DNA of 64,000 bases from Burkholderiales bacterium (GTDB lineage: Bacteria > Bacillota > Clostridia > Christensenellales > SZUA-584). The DNA is taken from contig JBLNCA010000006.1 of the NCBI GenBank assembly GCA_050260375.1, forward strand, positions 20,559-84,558. The letters run 5' to 3'. Below the pieces are notes generated by a model, which was given only the letters and a program-made list of their open reading frames with translations, searched no databases and had not been told where the DNA came from. Positions 9,603 through 19,138 of this stretch are shown here, piece after piece (within the stretch, counting starts at the first letter, position 1; each line of letters opens with the position of its first letter). The translations under genes and the position numbers were made by a program.

Positions 9603-11984
9603 ATGATAGCGCCATACAAATGGCTCTGCGATTACGTTGATATGGATATAGCGCCCGAGGAATTAAAGCGCAAGCTCATAATGACAGGCTGTCAGGTGGA
9701 GGGCTACAGGGACTTAGGCGCCGGGCTTCACGGCGTGGTGGTAGGAAAGATACTCACGATACAGAAGCATCCGGACGCCGACAAGCTTTCCATCTGCTCA
9801 GTGGACGTCGGCGAAGAAACGCTGCAGATAGTCTGCGGCGCTAATAACATATTTGTGGGAGCGTACGTGCCCGTCGCAAAGATAGGCGCGGTGCTTCCGG
9901 GCGGCATAACGATAAACAAGAGCAAGCTGCGCGGCGTGTTTTCGTGCGGCATGCTTTGCTCGGGCCGAGAACTTGAACTTGGGCCCGAAGACTACCCGGG
10001 GGCGGACGTTGACGGCATAATGATATTGCAGAATGAGCCTAAGCTCGGCACGCCGCTGATTGACTTGCTGGGGCTTGACGATACGATATTCGAGATAGAA
10101 GTCGGCGCGAACAGGCCGGATTGCCTTTCGATGATTGGCGTTGCGCGCGAATGCGCGGCCGCTCTTGATAAGGGAATAAAGCTTCCCGATACGTCTTACA
10201 GCGAAAAAGGCGGCAGTATATACGATTACGTAAAGGTGACGGTAAAAGATACAGACCTGTGCGAGAGGTATATAGCGAGGGCCGTAAGGAACGTAAAAAT
10301 AGGCCCGTCGCCCGAATGGCTAAGCAAGCGTCTTAAATCCGCGGGCGTGCGCTCAATAAACAACATAGTCGATATAACGAACTTCGTGATGCTCGAAACC
10401 GGGCAGCCTATGCACGCGTTCGATTATAAGGATATACGCGGCGCAGAGATTATCGTGCGGCGCGCAAACGACGGGGAGAGCATTGTTACGCTGGACGGCA
10501 AGGAGCGAGCGCTTACAAACGATATGCTGCTTATATGCGACGCCGAGGGGCCGATAGGCATAGCGGGCGTCATGGGCGGCGAAAACTCGGGAATAAAGGA
10601 CGACACGACGACCGTGATATTCGAGTCGGCAAAGTTCAAACAGGGCAACGTAAGAAGAACGGTGAGGGCACTCGGGCTCCCCACCGAGTCGGGGATGCGG
10701 TTTTCAAAGGGCGTCGACGCGGCGGGTTGTAAAGCCGCTATGGACAGGGCGCTGCACCTCGTGGAACTTCTGGGCGCGGGCGAGATAGTGTCCGGCGAGA
10801 TAGACATACTTTCGGCCGATTTGACGCCGCGTAAGGTGACGGTGTCGGCGGACAGCATTAACGCAAAGCTCGGAACGGACATAAAAGCGGAAGACATGGC
10901 CGCGCTTTTAAGGCGGGTGTTCATAGACGTTAGCCTTGAGGACGGCAAGCTCATATGCGACATACCGAGCTTCAGGGGCGATGTAACGATAGGCGAGGAT
11001 ATTGCCGAGGAAGTCGGGCGCATGTACGGGTATGACAATATACCTCTTGTGAAGATGACCGGCGAGGTGATAAGAGGGGTAATTTCCGCAGAGGAAAAAG
11101 GCACGGACAAAATAAGGACGCTGCTTACCGGGCTCGGGTACAACGAGTGCGTAACGTATTCTTTTGCTTCCGCCGTGGATATTGAAAAGCTGAAAATACC
11201 CGAAGGCGATGAGCTGCGTCGCATGGTCAGAATAATAAACCCATTAGGGGACGAGCAGGGTTATATGAGGACGTCGCCTTTGCCGGAAATGCTCAAAGTC
11301 GTAGCCAACAACATCAACAAAAAGGTAAAGGACATAAAGCTGTTTGAAACAGGCAGGGTATACCTGAAAAATGACGAAGGCCTACCCGACGAGCGCAAGT
11401 ATGTCTGCATAGCGCTTTGCGAGGACGACGGCTTCTTTACGCTTAAAGGCGCCGCAGAGAACCTGCTCGAAGCTTTCGGCATAAGAAAGCCGAGGTTTGC
11501 CGCCGAGGGCGCCGCATATTACCACCCCGGCCGCAAAGCCGCAATATACGCGGGAAATAGCAAACTCGGCGAGATGGGCGAGGTACACCCCGAAGTGGCG
11601 GAAGCGTTCGGCATAGAAAAGCGCGTATGCGTTGCGGAGTTAAGCCTTGCGGCATTGTGCGCCGCGGCGGACGATACCGCAAAATACGAGCCGCTTCCCA
11701 AGTTCCCGGCGGTGGAAAGGGATATCGCGCTGATAGTCGACAAAAGCGTCGCGGCGGCAGACCTTCTTGACTGCATAGAAAAGCATGCGGGGCAGTACTT
11801 CGAAAGCGCCGAGCTGTTTGACGTGTATACCGGCGACCAACTCGGAATCGGCAAAAAAAGTCTCGCGTTCAAGATAGTTTTCCGTGCAAAAGACAGGACG
11901 CTGCTCGATTCTGAGGCGAACGATGCAAGGGATGCTATCGCCGACGCGGCCAAAAAGCATTTCGGAGCGAAAATTCGAGAATAA
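9603..11984 (+). CDS. pheT: Phenylalanyl-tRNA synthetase beta subunit
   Basis: HPDADKL, NRPDCLS, DITNFVMLETGQPMHAFD and C-terminal FDX-ACB domain. Confidence 0.98.
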   Translation: MIAPYKWLCDYVDMDIAPEELKRKLIMTGCQVEGYRDLGAGLHGVVVGKILTIQKHPDADKLSICSVDVGEETLQIVCGANNIFVGAYVPVAKIGAVLPGGITINKSKLRGVFSCGMLCSGRELELGPEDYPGADVDGIMILQNEPKLGTPLIDLLGLDDTIFEIEVGANRPDCLSMIGVARECAAALDKGIKLPDTSYSEKGGSIYDYVKVTVKDTDLCERYIARAVRNVKIGPSPEWLSKRLKSAGVRSINNIVDITNFVMLETGQPMHAFDYKDIRGAEIIVRRANDGESIVTLDGKERALTNDMLLICDAEGPIGIAGVMGGENSGIKDDTTTVIFESAKFKQGNVRRTVRALGLPTESGMRFSKGVDAAGCKAAMDRALHLVELLGAGEIVSGEIDILSADLTPRKVTVSADSINAKLGTDIKAEDMAALLRRVFIDVSLEDGKLICDIPSFRGDVTIGEDIAEEVGRMYGYDNIPLVKMTGEVIRGVISAEEKGTDKIRTLLTGLGYNECVTYSFASAVDIEKLKIPEGDELRRMVRIINPLGDEQGYMRTSPLPEMLKVVANNINKKVKDIKLFETGRVYLKNDEGLPDERKYVCIALCEDDGFFTLKGAAENLLEAFGIRKPRFAAEGAAYYHPGRKAAIYAGNSKLGEMGEVHPEVAEAFGIEKRVCVAELSLAALCAAADDTAKYEPLPKFPAVERDIALIVDKSVAAADLLDCIEKHAGQYFESAELFDVYTGDQLGIGKKSLAFKIVFRAKDRTLLDSEANDARDAIADAAKKHFGAKIRE

Positions 11985-12008
11985 TACAATATTTTGTATA
12001 ATGATGTG

Positions 12009-12037
12009 TTGAAATATTCTTTATCTTGGTATATAAT
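12009..12037 (+). promoter_or_regulatory. SigA promoter for zapA
   Basis: TTGAAA-17 bp-TATAAT. Confidence 0.6.
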
Positions 12038-12071
12038 AACACTCAGAAAGTTGGTTGGGGTGTTATGAATT

Positions 12072-12419
12072 ATGGAAAAGACACGTACTATGGTTAAAAT
12101 TTGCGGTAAAGAATATGTTATGGCGGGTTATGAGAGCGAAGAATACATACACCGTGTCGCCATATATGTGGACAGGAAAATGACAGAGCTAAAAGGGCAG
12201 TATGTTAACCTCAATCCAAGTACGCTCGCTGTCCTCACGGCAGTAAATATTGCCGACGATCTTTTAAAGCTGCACGACCAGTTCGACGCGTTGAACAGGG
12301 AATACCAGTATGTAAGCGACGAAATGAAGCGTATCAAGGACGCGTCGAAAGAACCGCTTTCCAACGTTTCTTCCATAAAAAAGCCGGGGAAAAGCCAGCT
12401 CTTTGACAGTTACAAGTAA
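12072..12419 (+). CDS. zapA: Cell division protein ZapA
   Basis: VKICGKEY, VAIYVDRKM and AVLTAVNIADD motifs; usual position after pheT. Confidence 0.9.
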   Translation: MEKTRTMVKICGKEYVMAGYESEEYIHRVAIYVDRKMTELKGQYVNLNPSTLAVLTAVNIADDLLKLHDQFDALNREYQYVSDEMKRIKDASKEPLSNVSSIKKPGKSQLFDSYK

Positions 12420-12436
12420 GACATAATACCATGCTG

Positions 12437-12467
12437 TAAGGCGCGCCTTGTTAGGTGCGCTTATTTT
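12437..12467 (+). terminator. Probable terminator after zapA
   Basis: gcgcgcct-tgtt-aggtgcgc hairpin followed by TTATTTT. Confidence 0.55.
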
Positions 12468-12509
12468 ATACCGTGGTATATATCGGGTTATACCGTGGTA
12501 TATATCGGG
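12466..12509. repeat. Exact 22-bp tandem duplication of a palindromic unit
   Basis: TTATACCGTGGTATATATCGGG at 12466-12487 and 12488-12509; internal palindrome TATACC-GT-GGTATA. Confidence 0.9.
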
Positions 12510-12629
12510 GTCTCATAAAGCCGCGGAAAATCGATTATACGGCACGCCGCATGCTTTCGACACATTGCGGCGTTGAAAAAACTTCAAGCTTAATATATAC
12601 TGAATAAAGCACCTGAATTGGAGATGTTT

Positions 12630-13304
12630 ATGAACTTTTTAACTCGGAGCCCGTTATTTCTGCTGATGAACGGAGACTTTAAAGGATTCCTGTTAAGTCT
12701 TCTCTATCTGCTGCCCGCGCTCGTAATAGCCATATCGTTCCACGAAGCGGCGCACGCATGGATGGCAAACAGGATGGGAGATCCCACGGCGAAAAATATG
12801 GGGCGCATTACGCTCGACCCAACCAAGCATTTCACTCTTTGGGGAATAGTGATGATGGTGCTTATAGGCTTTGGCTTCGGCAAGTCCGTGCCTACGAACC
12901 CGAGAAACTACTACAACTATAAAAAAGGCAATATACTCGTTGCAATAGCGGGAGTAACGACGAATCTTATATTGTCGTTCATATTCTATGGAATATACGT
13001 ACTTATTTTTGCAGTGCTAAAGGTAAACAGCGAGCCGCTGTTCTATATAATATTCAACGTCGTACTGGTGAATATCGTACTTTGCTTCTTTAACCTTATA
13101 CCTATATCTCCGCTGGACGGGCATCATCTTATAAAAGGCTTTATTGCAAGGCGCAGCCCGGACTTTTATTTGGCATACCAGAGATACGGCTTTTTCGTGC
13201 TGATGGCAATTTTGGCGTTTACGGATTATGTACAGATCGTGCTCGGCTTTCTGACAAGCCAGGTGCTGAATCTATACGCATTATTCTACGGGTTGTTTGT
13301 CTGA
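12630..13304 (+). CDS. Site-2 (M50) membrane metalloprotease
   Basis: HEAAH and FNLIPISPLDG motifs, multiple TM segments; promoter TTGAAA-17-TATACT at 12573-12601. Confidence 0.92.
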   Translation: MNFLTRSPLFLLMNGDFKGFLLSLLYLLPALVIAISFHEAAHAWMANRMGDPTAKNMGRITLDPTKHFTLWGIVMMVLIGFGFGKSVPTNPRNYYNYKKGNILVAIAGVTTNLILSFIFYGIYVLIFAVLKVNSEPLFYIIFNVVLVNIVLCFFNLIPISPLDGHHLIKGFIARRSPDFYLAYQRYGFFVLMAILAFTDYVQIVLGFLTSQVLNLYALFYGLFV

Positions 13305-13305
13305 T

Positions 13306-14052
13306 ATGGACGATAACGAATACAAGGTACAAATTGAACAGTTTGAAGGGCCGCTTGACCTGCTGCTCCACCTCATAAACAAAGCGTGTATAGACATAGA
13401 GGATATATTCGTATCCGAGGTGACGGGGCAGTATCTTTCCTATGTTTCGTCCATACCCGGGCTGTCGATGGACAGCGCGAGCGAGTTTATCGAGATGGCG
13501 GCGCTGCTCGTATATATAAAATCGCGTATGATACTTCCCTTTGGCGACGGCGACGAGGAAGACGAGGAAGAGGAAGACCCGGAGCAGGAGCTTATAGAGC
13601 GTCTTAAGACATACAAGATGTTCAAAGACGTCTGCCCCGTTTTGAAGGAATACGAGGAGAAGGGCCTTAGGGTCTACTACAAGCTTCCCGAAGAGCTTGC
13701 GCTGTTTGGCGAAAGAATCGAAATAGAGGAGATACAGCTTCAGGACCTTGTTGACGCTTACGCCGGAGTGATGGAGCGCATACCCGACGGTAACGTAGAG
13801 CGCATTGAAGAGGTCGAAATACGGCAGGACTCTTTCACGATTAAAGAGCGCACGGCGTTTATACTGAAAAAATTAAGCGAGATGAGCACCGCGACGTTTT
13901 TCTCGCTGTTTTCCGAAGCGCGCTCAAGGATGGAAGTCGCGGTAACGTTTGTGGCGCTGCTCGAACTGGTGCATCAGAGCGTTGTAAGGATAAGCCAGAA
14001 AAACAGCTATGAAGATATATATATTACAAAGATAAGCGAGGAAGCGAGTTGA
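13306..14052 (+). CDS. scpA: Segregation and condensation protein A
   Basis: FEGPLDLLLHLI, ASEFIEMAA and TFVALLEL motifs. Confidence 0.95.
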   Translation: MDDNEYKVQIEQFEGPLDLLLHLINKACIDIEDIFVSEVTGQYLSYVSSIPGLSMDSASEFIEMAALLVYIKSRMILPFGDGDEEDEEEEDPEQELIERLKTYKMFKDVCPVLKEYEEKGLRVYYKLPEELALFGERIEIEEIQLQDLVDAYAGVMERIPDGNVERIEEVEIRQDSFTIKERTAFILKKLSEMSTATFFSLFSEARSRMEVAVTFVALLELVHQSVVRISQKNSYEDIYITKISEEAS

Positions 14053-14564
14053 ACGCGGAAACTGTCAAAAAAGCTGTGGAGAGCATACTGTTTGTCGCGG
14101 GCGACGCTGTCGAAGTGTCGGATATCGCGAATGCTCTGGAATTAAGCGCCGAGGAGCTTAACGCCATTATCGACGAGATGATAAGCGAGCGGCAGGAAAA
14201 CGGCTGCGGAGTGCTGTTAAACAGAGTTGAGGGCAAGATACAGCTTTGCTCCAACCCTGAATATACGCAGTATATCGAGAAAGTGCTGCAGCCTGTCAAA
14301 AAGACGAGGCTATCGCAGTCGCTGCTTGAAACGCTCGCGATAATAGCGTATAGGCAGCCTATAACGAGGTTTGAGATAGAGCAGATAAGGGGCGTAAAAT
14401 GCAACTATTCGATAGCGGCGCTTATAGAAAACGGCATGATACTGCGCGCCGGGCGCAAGAAAGCTCTTGGCAACCCTATGATGTACGTTACAAGCGACGA
14501 GTTCCTGCGCCACTTCGGGCTGTCGTCTCTCGACGAGCTGCCGGCGTTAAACGAAGCCGAATAA
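14049..14564 (+). CDS. scpB: Segregation and condensation protein B
   Basis: ESILF, LETLAIIAYRQPITR..IEQIRGV and FLRHFGL motifs. Confidence 0.96.
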   Translation: MNAETVKKAVESILFVAGDAVEVSDIANALELSAEELNAIIDEMISERQENGCGVLLNRVEGKIQLCSNPEYTQYIEKVLQPVKKTRLSQSLLETLAIIAYRQPITRFEIEQIRGVKCNYSIAALIENGMILRAGRKKALGNPMMYVTSDEFLRHFGLSSLDELPALNEAE

Positions 14565-14605
14565 TAACGGGAACGGCAAGACACGAGACTTGCCGGGGTA
14601 TGTAT
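14565..14605 (+). repeat. Degenerate copy of the ~42-bp palindromic repeat family
   Basis: taacggg..cggcaag-acacgaga-cttgccg-gggtatgtat. Confidence 0.6.
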
Positions 14606-14691
14606 TTATTCCCATGAATTAGATAATAATAACAACGTCACTTATTAAAAGCCCGTTAATCCCACGGGATTGGGGCTGCAGTGAAAGGACG

Positions 14692-15327
14692 TTGTTTTTT
14701 ATTATCATATTAATGATCATAGCGTTAATACTGGTACTGATTTTTGTAGTCAGGATAAAAGCTGTTGTCGTTGCCGATAACGGCAATATTAATGTAAGCG
14801 TTTTTCTGTTGGGGATAATCAAACTGCAGAAGAAGTACGTAATAAAACGCGAGCCGGACGTGGTATTAAGGCTATACCTTATAACCCGCAAGGGCTTAAA
14901 GCCGGTTATCACATTGCCTGAAATAGTCAAAAAAATCAAAGAGACGGTGGCTACCGATATAGCGGTTATCGATATTATAACCGTGATACTTCAGTCGCTG
15001 CGTAAAAAACAGAAGAACAGCGCGTTCAGTTATATATACAGGAAAGCAAAATACAATATAGCCGTTGATATAAAGCTAGGGTTGGAAGACGCTTTTTTAA
15101 CCGCTATTGTCTGCGGCATATTAAACGCCGCCTCGGGCGCCGCCGGCGCGGTATTTAACAATAAAAAACATCAGGTACGGGCAAAAGCAACCCCGGAATT
15201 TTCAAAACTGTTTTTTTCTGCACATATTAACTGCATAATAGCTCTGACTCCGGCAGATATTATTATTGGATATGCAATATACAAGAAAAACAAAAAACAG
15301 GCGGTGAAATCTTATGCATCCAATTGA
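14692..15327 (+). CDS. YtfI-like (DUF2953) membrane protein
   Basis: N-terminal TM segment, GLEDAFLTAIVCG motif, directly upstream of ytfJ. Confidence 0.75.
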   Translation: MFFIIILMIIALILVLIFVVRIKAVVVADNGNINVSVFLLGIIKLQKKYVIKREPDVVLRLYLITRKGLKPVITLPEIVKKIKETVATDIAVIDIITVILQSLRKKQKNSAFSYIYRKAKYNIAVDIKLGLEDAFLTAIVCGILNAASGAAGAVFNNKKHQVRAKATPEFSKLFFSAHINCIIALTPADIIIGYAIYKKNKKQAVKSYASN

Positions 15328-15703
15328 AAATATCATGCAGACTGCGATGGCGGAGATTAAGGACATGGTCGACGTAAACACCATCGTCGGCGACCCTATC
15401 ATCTCTACGGACGGCGCCACGATAATACCAGTTTCAAAGGTGTCGTTCGGGTTTGTCGCGGGCGGCGGCGAGTACGGAACCAAGGCAAACTCTCAGGACG
15501 CGCAGTCGCAAAACCCGTTCGCAGGCGGAGCAAGCTCAGGCATTTCGATATGCCCGGTGGGTTTCCTGGTAGTGAATGAGAACGAAGTGCAACTGCTGTC
15601 CGTGGGCGGAAAACAAATGCTGGAGAAGGTCTTTGAAACAGTGCCTAAAATAATAACGGAATTCAAAAACGCTTTTAAGGACAAGAGCAAAGAGGTGGAA
15701 TAA
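15314..15703 (+). CDS. ytfJ: Sporulation/germination protein YtfJ (GerW family)
   Basis: HPIENIM..MVDVNTIVGDPI..IIPVSKVSFGFVAGG. Confidence 0.93.
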   Translation: MHPIENIMQTAMAEIKDMVDVNTIVGDPIISTDGATIIPVSKVSFGFVAGGGEYGTKANSQDAQSQNPFAGGASSGISICPVGFLVVNENEVQLLSVGGKQMLEKVFETVPKIITEFKNAFKDKSKEVE

Positions 15704-15706
15704 GCT

Positions 15707-16867
15707 TTGAAAACAAGGTTTTTCCGGATTACGGCGGTTATGCTGGCAATGGCCGCCGTATTCGCTTATAATACTGGCATAGCAAGCGCGGATAAAAAAG
15801 AGGAAGATATTAAAATAACGGCGGAGTCGGCGATACTTATCGAAGCGTATACCGGCAGGGTGCTTTACGAAAAGAACGCTTTTGAAAGGATGCCCATGGC
15901 GTCGACGACAAAAATAATGACCGCCATACTGGCGATAGAGAACTGCAACCTTGACGATATCGTGGAAGTAGGACCCAACGCAAGCGGGGTGGAAGGTTCG
16001 TCCATTTGGCTGTCGCCGGGGGAAAAGCTGCAGCTTTGCGATATGCTTTTCGGGCTCATGCTGGCGTCGGGAAACGACGCGGCTATCGCCATCGCGGAAC
16101 ACGTGGCGGGCAGCGTGGATAAGTTCGTCGAGATGATGAACGCTAAGGCAAAAGAGGTAGGGGCGTACAATACGCATTTTTGCAATCCGAACGGGCTAAC
16201 TGAAGACGACCATTATACCACCGCTTACGACCTCGCCTTAATATCCGCATACGCTATGAAGAACGATTTTTTCCGCGAGCTGGTGAAAACGCAATACAAG
16301 ACAATACCGTGGGAAGGCCACGATTGGGACAGAGTCGTAAAAAACAAGAACAAGATACTCTGGCAGTATGAAGGCGGAAACGGCATAAAGACTGGTTTTA
16401 CAAAGGCCGCCGGCAGGTGCCTCAGCGCATCTGCGCAAAGGGACGGGCTTCAGCTTATATCCGTAGTGCTGGGCGCTCCCGATATGTTCAATGACTGCAT
16501 GAAGCTTATGGACATGGGGTTTGAGAACTATTCGAGCAAACTCATTGTCAAGGCGGGAGAGTATATCGGCGACGTTGAAGTCAAACACGGCGTGAAAGAC
16601 GGCTTTACGGTATATACGCAGGAGGATGTTTACTATCCGCTCACGGAAGAAGAGTTCGGGCTGCTGGATAAAAGGATCTATCTGAAGGATGAACTGGACG
16701 CGCCCGTAGCCGAAGGGGAGAACGTAGGCTATATAGACATATGGCTGGGCGGCAATCAAATATGCTCGGTGGCGCTTACGGCACCCGAAACGATAGGCGA
16801 GAACTCATATAAATATAACCTCGGAAAAGTACTAAACGGATGGCTCGGGGGAATGCCGAATATGTAA
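15707..16867 (+). CDS. dacB: D-alanyl-D-alanine carboxypeptidase (S11, DacB-like)
   Basis: MASTTK (SxxK), SGNDAA (SxN) and KTG motifs; signal peptide. Confidence 0.85.
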   Translation: MKTRFFRITAVMLAMAAVFAYNTGIASADKKEEDIKITAESAILIEAYTGRVLYEKNAFERMPMASTTKIMTAILAIENCNLDDIVEVGPNASGVEGSSIWLSPGEKLQLCDMLFGLMLASGNDAAIAIAEHVAGSVDKFVEMMNAKAKEVGAYNTHFCNPNGLTEDDHYTTAYDLALISAYAMKNDFFRELVKTQYKTIPWEGHDWDRVVKNKNKILWQYEGGNGIKTGFTKAAGRCLSASAQRDGLQLISVVLGAPDMFNDCMKLMDMGFENYSSKLIVKAGEYIGDVEVKHGVKDGFTVYTQEDVYYPLTEEEFGLLDKRIYLKDELDAPVAEGENVGYIDIWLGGNQICSVALTAPETIGENSYKYNLGKVLNGWLGGMPNM

Positions 16868-16894
16868 GTGCCGGGGTGATAGCGGGAGGTTTTT

Positions 16895-18738
<1,844 letters not shown>

Positions 18739-18751
18739 GAGCAAAAACAAA

Positions 18752-18790
18752 GAATAAAGAGTGGTTGGTGTACAGCCGCTCTTTTTTATT
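18752..18790 (+). terminator. Intrinsic terminator after gap
   Basis: aaagagtggttg-gtgta-cagccgctcttt hairpin followed by T-rich tail. Confidence 0.75.
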
Positions 18791-18797
18791 ACAGGGG

Positions 18798-18936
18798 TAC
18801 GGTGTCTACGGCAAGCCGTGAGGCTTGATGGGGTGTATAGAGCGGTGCACGCGCGTATACAAAAACGCGAGGGCAAAGCAAGGCTTGAATAAATACGGGG
18901 TCCCCGGCAAGCCGTGAGGCTTGATGGGGTGTGTAT
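18798..18936 (+). repeat. Two copies of the ~42-bp palindromic repeat (18798-18839, 18894-18936)
   Basis: Shared cggcaagccgtgaggcttgatggggtgt core; the second copy begins tacggggtcccc. Confidence 0.88.
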
Positions 18937-19138
18937 GGCAGGTAAGAGAACTTTAAACAAACGTTAAACAATGTCGGCGCCGATTGTTGCAGAATAATGT
19001 ATATGATATACTCAAACAGATAATAAAAGCATTTTTATATTAAACGTAACTCCTGACTTAAGAACGGATAACATATGGTTTGTGACAATACAAAAAACAG
19101 TATATAATACTGTAGATAAGAAAACGTAAGGAAATGCG

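Noticed and set aside
12420..12600. 6S RNA after zapA
   Set aside because: That linkage is typical of Proteobacteria; the region is explained by a terminator, a tandem repeat and a promoter, with no long 6S-like rod visible.
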